From Octopus vulgaris (taxonomy: Eukaryota), in assembly GCA_951406725.2 (NCBI GenBank), contig OX597829.1, positions 46,872,001-46,936,000 on the forward strand: DNA of 64,000 nucleotides. Reading direction: 5' to 3'. Each line of letters opens with the position of its first letter. Position 1 is the stretch's first letter. Below, in pieces: positions 1 through 12,884 of this stretch. The notes under the pieces were generated by a model. That model was not told the origin of the DNA and searched no databases. It saw only the letters and a list, made by a program, of their open reading frames with translations. Both the position numbers and the translations under genes were made by a program.

Positions 1-29
1 TGGCATGGTTGATGTGCTTTGTTAATATT

Positions 30-448
30 TACTCTTACTCTTTTACTCTTTTAGTTGTTTCCGTCATTTGACTGTGGCCATGCTGGAGCACCACCTTTTA
101 GTCGAGCAAATCGACCCCAGGACTTATTCTTTGTAAGCCTAGTACTTATTCTATCGGTCTCTTTTGCCGAACCGCTAAGTTACGGGGACGTAAACACAAC
201 AACATCGGTTGTCAAGCGATGTTGGGGGGGGGGGCAAACACAGACACACAAACATGCACACACACATATATATATACATACATACATATATACGACGGGC
301 TTCTTTCAGTTTCCGTCTACCAAATTCACTCACAAGGCTTTGGTCGACCCGAGGCTGTAGTTGAAGACACTTGCCCAAGGTGCCACACTGAACCCGGAAC
401 CATGTGGTTGGTAAGCAAGCTACTTACCACACAGCCACTCCTGCGCCT
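30..448 (-). mobile_element. tRNA-derived SINE, family A (CORE-like; internal (TA)/(TG) tract)
   Basis: Reverse complement starts GGCGCAGGAG-TGGCTGTGTGG (A box), then GGTTCAGT (B-box region, partly deleted) and ACCTTGGGCAAGTG, and ends CAGTCAAATGAC...GTAAAAGAGTA. More than 12 homologous copies occur in the window. Confidence 0.9.
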
Positions 449-1259
449 ATTTGAAGTACTTTATTATTGTAGAAAGTCACCGTTATCAAGAAGTGTATAA
501 TACTATCAAACACCTTTCGGTAGTCAATCCAGGCTATGCTCAGTTTTGTTTCATTCTCTTTACAATCGTTAATTTCAAAGCCAGTTATTCTTTTCCGGCT
601 CTCTTTCTGTTCGTTTCGTAATATATTATTGTTCTCCAGACGAATAATTTAGTTTGTTGTTGTATATTGATGTAAGTAGCATGCTCATTATAGGCCTGTG
701 GTTTCACACAAGTCTTTGGTATCAAGTGTTTTTGGGAAATTAATGATGATTTCTTCCCTTTCGGCAGCCATTCCGCTTTTTATTCCTGTCAACTTACAAC
801 ACCATTCAATACCATCAACATATACCTCAGAGTACAGGTCAAGTTCTTCAGTGAAGTGTTAGGGATTATGTTAATCGTAGATGCTTTTCACTTACTTGCA
901 ATTCGCAATGTACAAGTGATTTCCCTGTTTTTGTTGGGGTTTTTTTCATATATTTTTATAAAGATCGCAAACAAATTTGTTCATACTATCTTGACTCTAT
1001 GTAGATGCATATTTCTCTTTCGGTGATACATTATAAATTGTGTTCTTTCATTGAACTGCCCAGCATGGCATAGTGTCCCTTGAGAAAGTGCAGCACTTTG
1101 CTTTACTATTTGTTCTCGTAGCGCATATGTTTGCAGATGGCAATCTCAGTTGCAGTACTCAAATAGGTATCTTACATATAAACTAAGCTCTACCTATCAG
1201 GATTGAGTCACGATATACATACTTGCATAGATACATACATACATGCATGCATACATACA

Positions 1260-1293
<34 letters not shown>

Positions 1294-1321
1294 CATGCAT
1301 GCATACATATATATACACATA

Positions 1322-1377
<56 letters not shown>

Positions 1378-1750
1378 TGGAGGCGCAATGGCCCAGTGGT
1401 TAGGGCAGCAGACTCGCGGTCGTAGGATCGCGATTTCGATTCTAAGACCGGTCGTTGTCAGTGCGAAAACGCCTAAAGCTCCGCGAAGCCCCGACAGAGG
1501 GCGGTGGTCAATCCGGCTGTATTCTTTCCCCACAACTTCCTCTCACTCTTTCTTCCTGTTTCTGTTGTTGTATCTGTATTTCAAAGGGGCTACCCTTGTC
1601 ACACTCTGTGTCACGCTGAATCTCCTCGAGAACTATGTTAAGGTTACACGTGTCTGTGGAGTGCTCAGCCACTTGCATGTTGATTTCACGAGCAGGCTGT
1701 TCCGTTGATCGGATCAACTGGAACCCTCGTCGCCGTTAACGACGGAGTGA
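1378..1750 (+). mobile_element. tRNA-derived SINE, family C
   Basis: GGAGGCGCAA-TGGCCCAGTGG A box and TTTCGATTC B box; homologous to 7535, 50341 and 55095. Confidence 0.9.
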
Positions 1751-1768
1751 CACAACGACGATATATAT

Positions 1769-1996
1769 AGGCAGCGAGCTGGCAGAAACGTTAGCACGCC
1801 GGGCGAAATGCTTAGCGGTATTTCGTCTGCCGCTACGTTCTGAGTTCAAATTCCGCCGAGGCCGACTTTGCCTTTCATCCTTTCGGGGTCGATAAATTAA
1901 GTACCAGTTACACACTGGGCTCGATGTAATCAACTTACTCCGTTTGTCTGTCCTTGTTTGCCCCCTCTGTGTTTAGCCCCTCGTGGGTAGTAAAGA
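1769..1996 (+). mobile_element. tRNA-derived SINE, family B
   Basis: GGCAGCGAGCTGGCAGAAACG head, GAGTTCAAATTCC B box, central GACTTTGCCTTTCATCCTTTCGGGGTCGATAAA; homologous to 17871, 25716, 33761 and 57908. Confidence 0.9.
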
Positions 1997-2090
1997 TATA
2001 TATATAGATATATATAAGCACACATATTCACATATACACAAGCAACACACACACATACAAACACAGACACGTGCACACACACATATACAA

Positions 2091-2130
<40 letters not shown>

Positions 2131-2143
<13 letters not shown>

Positions 2144-2425
2144 TTCGAGACAAAACCACTATTTTGCAATATAAAACAGATTAGGAGATCGAAAATCCAC
2201 CTGACGAATGTCATTGAAGACATGAAACGATTGTAGTGGCGGTTTATTTCTTTATATTAAAATTTTTTATGTATTGATTAAGTCTTTCCTTGTTTGTTTT
2301 GCAAAATAGTGGTTTTGTCTCGAATTAATATTATATAATATTATATAATATTTTACTATAAAATTGGATTCAATCCTAAATCTGATTTTTTCCCTGTAAA
2401 TTTGGATTTATTCCCTAATATTTAT

Positions 2426-2428
<3 letters not shown>
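2131..2428 (+). mobile_element. Penelope-like element end (inverted pLTR segment + hammerhead + unpaired tail) in (TA)n
   Basis: Perfect 39-bp inverted repeat 2131-2169/2299-2337, hammerhead in the spacer, ~90-nt tail, (TA)n on both sides. Confidence 0.7.
2197..2239 (+). ncRNA. Type I hammerhead ribozyme motif (minimal)
   Basis: CCAC-CTGACGA-ATGTC(attgaa)GACAT-GAAA-C(gatt)G-TA-GTGG: stem I CCAC/GTGG, perfect 5-bp stem II, complete core, GUA cleavage site after 2235. Confidence 0.8.
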
Positions 2429-2478
<50 letters not shown>

Positions 2479-3235
2479 AGGCTCCAATTATTATTGGTAC
2501 TGTTTTTACTTTCCTGTCTCACACACTATTTATTTGCGTATACACGCTAATATCTTTGCAATTTGATCATTTCTTCACTTTCTTCTCGCTAATGATATTC
2601 TCAAAAGCAATCAACAATCCCTAACAGCGTGCACAGTTTTTGTTCCCAGTCTTGCAGGATGAGATACAGAGAGTTTTCTTTGACTTCCTTGCCAGATTGC
2701 GCAGATACTTCCCAGTTGACAGTGGCGCTGTCCTTTTCATGTATCGCGTTTATTTCATTTTTTCTTGTCTGATTTTGCTTCAAATCGTCAGCATATTACA
2801 GAGGAGAACGCACACGGCGATTTTATCGTGTCGAATTATATATACTCTAACTTAATAAGAACTAAAATGTGATGTAATCAGCATTCTCAGTGTACTGATT
2901 AATAGTCTACACTAAAGATTAATATATTCAATTTTCTAATGTTTTGTAAACTTTTCCTTTTTTTTCTTTTTGTAGTTAAGCGTTCGCTGTAAATCCAAAA
3001 TCAAAACTATTTTCTTTTCTTTTCTTTTTTGTCCATATATTTTTGAGCTAAAGAGAAATGCACTCTACATTCTAAAATATAAACGGGTCATTGTTTGATA
3101 TACAAATGGACACAATAGCCATGCTCAGAGCGCTTATCAGCAATCTATAGTACAAAGGTCCTCAACTTCAATAATTCCTAGAAATGCAGATTCGATATCT
3201 CTGGTGATTCAAAGAATCCTAAAGCTCTTGGTGTG

Positions 3236-3740
3236 GTGGGGTGGGGTGGTAAGAAGCTTGCTTCCCAACCATAAAGTTCAAGGTTCAATCTCACTGTGTT
3301 GCTCTCTGTGAAAATGTCACCCATAATCTCGGTTTGACCAAAGCCTTGTGAGTGGATTTGGTAAATGAAAACTGAAAGAAGCCCGTCGTATATATATACT
3401 TTTTTACACGTTTCAGTCACTTGACTGCGGCCATGCTGGAGAACCCCTTTAGTCGAAGAAATCGACCCCACGATTTATTCTTTGTAAGTCTGTTTCTTAT
3501 TCTATCAGACATGTGTATATGTGAGTCTTTGTGTCTTTTTGTCCACCACCACAACCGCTTGACAAAGGATTTACGTCCCTGCAACCTAGCGGTCGTTTAT
3601 GTCCCTGTAACTTAGCGGTCGATTGGACAAAAAAAATGATAAAGTACCAGGGTTTTAAAAATATAAATACCCGGGTTGATACATTTGCCAAATATTCTTT
3701 AAGGTGGTGGCCCAGCATGACCACAGGTAACAGATAAAAC
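3236..3740. mobile_element. Older family A SINE (+) interrupted by a family A 3' fragment (-) at ~3400-3510
   Basis: + strand head and core 3236-3390; inverted tail segment GTTTCAGTCACTTGACTGCGGCCATGCTGG; + strand tail resumes ~3510-3740. Confidence 0.7.
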
Positions 3741-4130
3741 TCAGGTAAATTTGGTCTTATTTATTTATCTATTTTATATAATTTCATGAATTCTATGATA
3801 TTGCAATGATATCGTAAAGAGAAACAAAAGCGCCAATAAAATTCCATGCGTTCAAGGTTCAGGTAATTAAGGCGATTTTGCTATCGGTTCTTTTTCAAAA
3901 GTATTGAAGTCCTTATGACGATTGCCAAATCCGAAATATCAAAAACTAACGGTGAAACGGTAGAAGATTTCGTTTTCCTTCTTCATTCAAGCCTAACGCA
4001 AATTGCTATTCCGTTAATCAATACCATCAAGAAAATGACTCGATTCCAGTTAATTGATCTTCTGCCGTTCAGTGAATAATGTTCAATTTGGGCATATATA
4101 AAGCATCGCTTGCTTTTATTTAAAACGAAA

Positions 4131-4208
<78 letters not shown>

Positions 4209-4247
4209 CACACAGAGGCAGACACACACACGCAGACACTCGCTCGC

Positions 4248-4504
4248 AGACACTCGCACGCAGACACACACTCTTATATATGTATGCTCACATACACGCA
4301 CGTATGTATGTATAAACATATACATATATAGACATATATAAGCATATTCTCTCACACACATACGCACACACACACACACATGTAGACACTCGCACGCAGA
4401 CATACACACATATATATATGTATATTCACATACACGCACATATGTATATATAAACATATACATATATAGACATACATAAAAATATTCTCTCACACACATA
4501 CGCA
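4248..4504. repeat. Diverged ~136-bp tandem duplication of CA/TA-rich sequence
   Basis: AGACACTCGCACGCAGACA...TATAAACATATACATATATAGACAT...ATATTCTCTCACACACATACGCA occurs at ~4248 and ~4384. Confidence 0.7.
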
Positions 4505-4520
4505 TACAAACACACACACA

Positions 4521-4581
<61 letters not shown>

Positions 4582-4582
<1 letters not shown>

Positions 4583-4810
4583 TTTATTTTAAGCAGCAGA
4601 AAATTCAACAAAATCTGTTACTCTGAGTTTCTCGTTGCCGTTCATCAGACAGTTTTTGCTAGAAAAAGTGTCTGATGAACGGCAACGAGAAACTCAGAGT
4701 AACAGATTTTGTTGAATTTTCTGCTGCTTAAAATAAAGCATATTACTCTACCACTGGTATTTGAGTACTCTTTTTTTCCACCTTGTTTCACATTTATGTG
4801 TTTACTCCGG
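4582..4810 (+). mobile_element. Penelope-like element end: perfect 70-bp hairpin containing a hammerhead, plus ~70-nt tail, in (TA)n
   Basis: Arms 4582-4651 and 4669-4738 are exact reverse complements; tail 4739-4810; (TA)n on both flanks. Confidence 0.75.
4669..4704 (+). ncRNA. Type I hammerhead ribozyme motif (mirror copy on - strand at 4616-4651)
   Basis: TGT-CTGATGA-aCG(gcaa)CGa-GAAA-CTCAGAG-TA-ACA; stem III region ACTC-A-GAGT is palindromic; stem II is very short. Confidence 0.65.
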
Positions 4811-4990
4811 TATATATATATATATATATATATACATATTCTGCGTGTGTGTGTATATATACATATGTATATATACATATGCTCATGCACCTACACATAT
4901 TTGTACACACACATGCACTATTTTCTGTCTGCATCTGTGTGTGCATATGTATAACTGTATACATACGTGTGCATGTGTCTGCGCGAGTGA

Positions 4991-5520
<530 letters not shown>

Positions 5521-6052
5521 GCGAGTGTTTTTTTTGTGGGACTTGATGTACGTTGTATAGACTGAGTGGTATGTTCCCGGTGAAGTTAGATTGCCACTTC
5601 GACTCGATTTTCTTGTGATAATATTTATTGCTTGTGAAAGATAAGTGCGTACACTTCAGAGTTTCGCATCTACACAACTACCGTTATAAAATCGATAATA
5701 TTGATCACATATCGAGAGGTCCTACTGATACTGCTAACAGATTAATGAATTGACACTACCATGCTACTATGTGAGATAAACAAATATATTGTACGAACAT
5801 TTATGCAAAATGCATACATATATACATACATATTCATACCTACGCATTGAGATAACGCACTTGGAACAGACAGATGTACACAAATGTATTGAGTTGTATG
5901 ATAGATATAGATAATAGGAACAGATTTCGCATATTAAATGGTTCAAGAACGAAACATTTAACATATATATATATATATATATGTGCACACATAAATAATA
6001 TGTGTATTTGTGAATGCATGGGTGTTGTTTATATGTGCATGCGTGTGTGTTC

Positions 6053-6093
<41 letters not shown>

Positions 6094-6096
<3 letters not shown>

Positions 6097-6416
6097 TTTT
6101 ACTCTCTTTTACTCTTTTACTTGTTTCAGTCATTTGACTGCGGCCATGCTGGAGCGCCGCCTTTAGTCGAGCAAACCGATCCCAGGACTTATTATTTTTG
6201 TAAGCCCAGTACTTATTCGATCGGTCTCTTTTGCCGAACCGTTGTCAAGCAATGCTAGGGAGAGAAACACAGACACACAAACACACACACATATATATAT
6301 ATATATACATATATACGACAGGCTTCTTTCAGTTTCCGTCTACCAAATGCACTCACAAGGCATTGGTCGGCCCGGGGCTATAGCAGAAGACACTTGCCTA
6401 AGATGCCACTCCTGCG

Positions 6417-6419
<3 letters not shown>
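6094..6419 (-). mobile_element. Family A SINE with internal deletions
   Basis: Homologous to 30-448. Confidence 0.88.
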
Positions 6420-6465
<46 letters not shown>

Positions 6466-6468
<3 letters not shown>

Positions 6469-6832
6469 TGCAAGCGAAGCTGTGTGATATGAAGCGTGTT
6501 TCCCAACCACAAAGATCCGGATTCAGTCCTACTGGCAACTTGGGCAAGTGTTTTCTACTATAGCTTCGGGATTTGGTAGACGGAAAGCGAAAGAAGCCCG
6601 TCGTATATGTGTTTCTGTGTTTGTCACCATTTCCACCCCGCCATCGCTTGATACCCGATGCTGGTGTGTTTATGCCCCCGTACATTAGCGGTTCGGCAAA
6701 AGAATAGAGAAAAAATGTACTAAGCTTGCAAAGAATAAGTCCTGGGGTCGATTACTTCGATTTAAAAAAATTAAGGTGGTACTCCAGCATGGTTGCAGTC
6801 AAATGACTAAAGCAAGTAAATGAATAAAAGAA
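6466..6832 (+). mobile_element. Family A SINE (older, diverged)
   Basis: Diverged head, CTTGGGCAAGTG core, tail CAGCATGGTTGCAGTCAAATGACT. Confidence 0.85.
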
Positions 6833-6844
6833 TATATATATATA

Positions 6845-7358
6845 CAGGGTGCCAAGGATAAATTGTTACCATTTTATATTTTTCATTTCCCACGTTGTTT
6901 CTTTTTGATTTTGTCGAATAACATTATTTTAGGGACAGTTGTGCACCGTCTGTGACAAAAACAGCACCACGACGCAATTCACTCAGCCAGAAATTTGAAA
7001 ACGACTTGCTATGCTGCTTAGCATTCGCGCCGGAAGTTCCCGTACGAACATTTCACAGTGGGTGTCAATCTGAGGACATGTACTGAGAGTGATAAAAATC
7101 AATCATCCAGTCAACATCATAGTGTTTGCAGTGATCACTAGTGATGGCAATGTTATGCCTCCATTCATCTTCCCACACAGCCTCAGATTCAACATGGAGG
7201 CCTACATCAAGTGACTGGAAGAGGTAGTGCTGCCCTGGGTCAAGGGGATTGCTGCTGGAAAACCCTATGTCTTGCCACAGGACTGTGCAACATGGCACAC
7301 AAGGAGAACCCAGTTATGGCTGTCAGAAAATTTCTGCCACCAAATCACCCCTAACATG
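6845..7358 (+). mobile_element. Tc1/mariner (maT/DD37D-like) transposon relic, internally deleted and 3'-truncated
   Basis: TA|CAGGGTG terminus. Degenerate transposase HPVNIIVFAVITSDGNVMPPFIFP..YIK*LEEVVLPWVKGIAAGKPYVLPQDCATWHT..TQLWLSENF matches the region around the second catalytic Asp (consensus QQDSAPxH). Confidence 0.8.
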
Positions 7359-7371
7359 TATATGCACACAG

Positions 7372-7481
<110 letters not shown>

Positions 7482-7534
7482 GTGTGTGCATGTGTTTGCA
7501 CGACTATATGTATGCATAATCCTTCTGTTATCCT

Positions 7535-7838
7535 GGCACTCCGTCGGTTACCTTTAACGTAGTACCCTTAACGTAGTTCTCGGGGAGATTCTGCGTGACA
7601 CAGAGTGTGACAAGGCTGGCCCTTTGAAAATACAGGTACAACAGAAACAGGAAGAAAGAGTGAGAAAAGGCTGTGGTAAAAGAGTATAGCAGGGTTCGCC
7701 ACCACCTCCTGCCGGAACCTCGTGGAACTCAAGGTGTTTTCGCTCAATAAACACTCACAACGCCCGGTCTGTGAATCGAAACTGTGATCCTATGACCGCG
7801 AGTCCACTGCCCTAACCACTGGGCCATTGCGCCTCCAC
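7535..7838 (-). mobile_element. Family C SINE with ~90-bp deletion near the 3' end
   Basis: Homologous to 55095; flanking direct repeat CCTTCTGT(T/C)AT. Confidence 0.88.
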
Positions 7839-8391
7839 CCTTCTGTCATAGACGGAACATGTAGCAGTAATATATTGAAGTCGACGTGTAAACGGTTATA
7901 CTTCGTCCGACTCCATCAACACAATTTCCTTCGTCTTGAAGCAAGTGGGGGAGGAAAAAAAATGCAAAAATCAATACTTTGATTAGATGTATCATTCTTC
8001 GAAATCGATGTGAAATTCAAATAATATAAAAAAAAAAAAGAAAGAAACGACACCTTTCTTTTTTTGTTTTTTCCAGGTGTTCCAATCTGCGTCATACATT
8101 GTGTTTCCGATTTTGTTCTTGTACTTTCTCTTTCACTTTTACCTTTCTCCATTGCCACATTTCATTTTCTTTCTACATTAATCTATATACATCTACGTAC
8201 ATTTGTTGTTGCTTTTGTTTTTGTTTTTTTTTGGTTATAGGGAGCGTGTTGTGTGCGCATGGAATTAAGCGAGTGTTTGCGTGCACGTAAATGCATGTTT
8301 GTGTGGGTGTACATGTATGCATAATTTTGTATGCGGGCTTTTCAATGCGCACACGTTATCTTTTTCTTTCTCCTCCATCTATCTAGATCTC

Positions 8392-8422
<31 letters not shown>

Positions 8423-8519
8423 TTATCTGCCTGTGTATATATCTATCAATCTATCTACATACTAATGTATATATTTATCTATGTATTTTTCTATCAGTGT
8501 ATCTATCTATCAATCTGTC

Positions 8520-8697
8520 TTTCTCTCTATTTCCTTCTATCTAGCTATTTATCTATTTATTTATCTATATATCTTTTTCTCTATCTATCTATCTATCTAT
8601 CTATCTGTCTGTCTGTCTATCTATATATGTATCTGTTTGTCTGCATGTTTGTAACTCTATCTCTATCTCACTCTCTCTCTGTCTATCTATCTATCTG

Positions 8698-8776
<79 letters not shown>

Positions 8777-8810
8777 GTCTGTCTGACTATCTATCTATCT
8801 GTCTGTCTGA

Positions 8811-8864
<54 letters not shown>

Positions 8865-8888
8865 ATCTATCTATCTATCTATCTATCT
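8520..8888. repeat. (TATC)n/(TGTC)n microsatellite
   Basis: Direct reading. Confidence 0.95.
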
Positions 8889-9555
8889 AGTCTATCGTCA
8901 ATATTGTCACGCCTCCTTCCTTCAAACGGGAAAGAAGAGCTATTTTTATCATCCTTGTGGCTGTGGCGAAAGAATGTATCTGGTGGACGCGTCTGAAAGG
9001 ATTGGAGACAAAAACTTTCCTCTCTGGTCAATCTCTCTTCAACTTCAAGTACCACTTGAAAAGGAAAGTGAGAGTAGAGAGGCAGTTTTGTCTAGCGAAT
9101 GTTTTAAAAAGATGGGTGAATGTAGCAAGAATGGCACGTATGAATGACGAAGCCACCTTGAGCATGATCCTATGAACCCAGAAATTGGAAACAGAGAGTT
9201 GCTTATTCGCAAAAAAAAAAAAAAAAAGAAATATAACATGTGACTCCATTGACCGAGGTTACCGTGGTCTTTTCCGTAGGCTTTTCTTTCCACGGGTAAA
9301 CCTCACCTGTCCTCCCCTTTACACTTTATATTGACATTTCTGTGATAACGATCCCTATTGATCAATTTTTTTTTTTTTCCTCTCCCCCTTTTTTTTAACC
9401 CCCCTTTTTTTTGTCCTCTTTCTCTCCTTTTACGATCCCTTTTGATCGAAACTCCCCCTTCCTTTTTTTTTTTTTTTTTAAACCTTCAAAAGAAAAGCTC
9501 TACCTTGTAATTTGTTCTATCTGTGTGCAGCCCTGTGTGGCTAATAAAGAAACAT
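8889..9555 (+). mobile_element. 5'-truncated Tx1/L1-clade LINE (ORF2 C-terminus + 3' UTR) inserted in (TATC)n
   Basis: Closely matches the reverse complement of 19624-20283 ([17 protein letters not shown]...); ends GGCTAATAAAGAAACA followed by TATCTATC. Confidence 0.9.
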
Positions 9556-9599
9556 ATCTATCTACCTACCTACCTACCTACCTACCTAACTACCTACCC

Positions 9600-9635
<36 letters not shown>

Positions 9636-9781
9636 GTCTGTCTGACTATCTATCTATCTAGCTAGCTATTTATCTATCTATCTTTTTTATCTATCTCTTT
9701 TCCTCTACCTATCTATCTATCTGTCTGTCTGACTGCCTGTCTATCTACTTATCTGTTTGTCTGTGTCTCTATCTGTATGTT

Positions 9782-9812
<31 letters not shown>

Positions 9813-10920
9813 CTATCTATCTATCTATATATCTATCAATTTCTATCTATCTATCTACCACTCTTTTTGCCTATTTTGAATCTGAACGCTTTAAGATGCT
9901 TTTCTTATAGTTATATTGATCCCGGTCAACTCTGAGTGAGCAAACACCTATAATCAGAACCACTCCCCTCTCGCCCTTTGAGAACCCCGTTATCCACTTC
10001 GTCACTTTCGTTTTTCAAACGTTCGTCTAGGATTTTACAATAGGTGGAGCTATTTCTAGCACTTAGACACTATTTAGTTCTTGGTATCATTGTTCAGCCC
10101 CAGATCATCCTTTGGTGGAGTAAAGCTATAATCAAAAACATGGAAAGCATAACCATCCCTGCTATTCTCTGTGCAAGATGGCCGTCTTTACATTTCTCTG
10201 CAAAAGATGACTTCGGCTACTTGTTCTAGCAAGTCGAGTAATCTATATGTGGATGCTCCTTCGTATATGGATATTCCATGTCTGAAAGGTTAGTCATCAT
10301 CGTGTCTAACACGCAGCTGTCATGATATAATAAAAACGAAAACCAGTAGAAGTTTTACTTCATTCAAGTTTTCTCTTAATATCATATATGATATAAGTAA
10401 AAATAACGGAAATTTAACTCAAGATACGATGCACGGTTGATATGTCAGAATTAATAACATTTCACATTTGTATTTTTTGCCGTTCTTTAGTTTTCACGTG
10501 ACACGCAACAACCGACACGATGTCGCATAAGATTTGAAAGTATATCCAACGTTCGCCATTTAAACAGATAGAATATAATGCTCTTTTTCTCTCATTGATT
10601 GTTCCTTCTTTTTCTTTTGTAAGGGGAGAAACATTTCCTATAGAATGAATATCATCCATTCTTCTATATATATGTTTTCTTGTTTGTTTGTTTCAGTTAA
10701 GGAAATAAATTTAATTTTTATGGAATGAAGAATATCATGTAATAATTCTTTTCCACATTCGTTTATATATATTCGCTTCAGTCCTTAGTATTCTCTTATA
10801 GAAGGGACTATTTCGAACGGTTTGAATTTCACTTTCTCGATAAATCTTTAATTCATAAACTTTCCAGAGATACAAAATACTTAAAGCAATTTTCGTTTTA
10901 ATCGAAATACAACATAATTA

Positions 10921-11160
10921 TTTCTATTATAGGCACAAGGCCTGAAATTTTGTGGAGAGGATAGTTGATTACGTCAACCCACGTACTCAACTGGTACTTA
11001 TTTTCTCGAATCTGAAATGATGGAAGGCAAAGTCGACCTCGGCGGAATTTGTACTCAAAACGTAAAGACGGCGAAATACCTCTAAGCTCGGCGTGCTAAC
11101 GCTAGCTCCGCGTACTAACGATTCTTATTTCTTTATTTCCCACAAGGGGCTAAACACAGT
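10921..11160 (-). mobile_element. Family B-related SINE (variant tail) plus short family B tail fragment
   Basis: GGCAAAGTCGACCTCGGCGGAATTTG segment; TTTCCCACAAGGGGCTAAACACAG at ~11137. Confidence 0.75.
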
Positions 11161-11429
11161 TATAAAACTACTGAAATGAGCCGACGAGGACACCTCTACG
11201 TAACCGCATGGCATACTAGATAGAATAGCCAATCTCACTGAAATTACGCGGGTTGTATTATATTTAGGGTTTAGTAACATTCTTGGATATAGGTGCCTTG
11301 AACAGAGTTCACTCTTTTGCTAGACATTAAGTAACCTTTCTTGTGCAAGCTTCTGTTCTAAGAATATCACATGTCATGTGGATTCTTATTGCTGTAACCG
11401 AGCCATAGTTTCTTAATTACATTTTGCCT

Positions 11430-11722
11430 ACCAGTCATCCTTGATTGTCGCTCAGTTTGCAGGAAGTTACCGTCAAATGTCTCTTAATCACGGAGCGTAC
11501 GGAGTGTTGTGCTCTTGACTAAAACATTTTCTTTTCACATTACTCTGCGATCGTTTCGGCATCAAGCCTGTGGAACACTTGTGCACCTGTACAGGAAATT
11601 TCAATTTGATTGAAGGAGTGAGCTAATGTATGGCAGAAACTTTTGATCACTACAGACAAATCATCTGTGCAGGTCTTTCAGCTACAAGTGAACACTCACA
11701 CATCGTCTTCAGCAGAAGATTC
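11430..11722 (+). mobile_element. Old SINE-like element, family E
   Basis: The 3' ~170 bp aligns by eye with the reverse complement of 33495-33670. Confidence 0.55.
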
Positions 11723-11737
11723 CATCACAATACACGC

Positions 11738-11815
<78 letters not shown>

Positions 11816-11824
11816 TACACACAC

Positions 11825-11945
<121 letters not shown>

Positions 11946-11964
11946 TAATTATATATATGCGCGC

Positions 11965-11997
<33 letters not shown>

Positions 11998-12422
11998 TGT
12001 TCGAGTTTGTATGTCTGTGTGTGCATGTATATCTGAAGCTATTTCCAAATGAGTGAACTGAGAGTGAAACTGATACACATAGGAAAAAGACGATTGGGAT
12101 CTCAGCCCAAAGGTTAAATTTCAGATTCTTACTCTCAATGTTCCGCTGTTTCTAAATATCAAATTGTTTGTCTCATAAGACAGTCTTTCAGTCTGTATAC
12201 TACAACTGCTAAAATAAATTGAAATAGGTGCGAATAACTAAGTTACCAAAAACCCACAACGGCATAAAACTGTGAAGTTCTTTTTTAAGCTTACATTCTT
12301 GCTTTCCATATCTCTCAAGAGCTCTTAGAATCTAGTTTGAAAACCCAAAATGTGACATCTATGGAGACAGACGATCGACCTTTTAGAATGAACAACTTCA
12401 TCTATATATATTACACTCTGGG

Positions 12423-12715
12423 TAGGCGCATGGCTTAGTGGTTAGGGTGTTCCGCTCACGAGTCGTAAGATGGTGAGTTCGATTTCTGGCGGCGCGATTT
12501 GTCCTTGAGCAAGACCCTTTATTTCATGTTGCTGAGTCCACTCAGCTGATAAAGATGAGTTCTACCTGTAATTCAAAGAGCCAGCCTTATCACATTCTGT
12601 GTCATATTGAATCACCCTGAGAACCTCTTTAAGAGTACACGTGTTCGTGATGTACTCAGCCGCTTGCACGTTAATTTCACGGACAGGCTGTTCCGTCGAC
12701 AGGATCAGCTGAATT
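12423..12715 (+). mobile_element. tRNA-derived SINE, family D (family C 3' half with a different central domain)
   Basis: TGGCTTAGTGG A box, GAGTTCGATTTC B box, centre GTCCTTGAGCAAGAC...CACTCAGCTG, then a family C-like tail (TTAATTTCACG...GGCTGTTCCGT). Confidence 0.75.
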
Positions 12716-12884
12716 CGTAAAATTTAAATGTTTAACACCGAATGCATTAATGCAAGTACATTTATGTATTATACGCTTTCATGATTTGCATATTTGTACT
12801 TGAAGTGATATGCCTATGATGCGAACTTGTTTAATTTGATAAAGGGACTTGATCTTTTAAATTTGTTCTCCATTCTTACCTCAT

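Noticed and set aside
55-500. Recurrent peptides such as DCGHAGAPP, YQIHSQG and EDTCPRCH
   Set aside because: They are translations of SINE family A and recur at every copy.
1378-1450. tRNA gene-like heads (also 50341, 55410 and family A heads)
   Set aside because: They continue into SINE bodies with TSDs and lack a proper acceptor stem and terminator.
2601-2855. Short non-repetitive ORFs, with a possible Cys-rich transposase tail
   Set aside because: No recognisable motif set or supported splice structure.
11660-11715. Minus-strand CTGAAGA...GAAA with TCTG/CAGA flanks
   Set aside because: No valid stem II or UH site; it lies in the family E tail and is not kept in the second copy.
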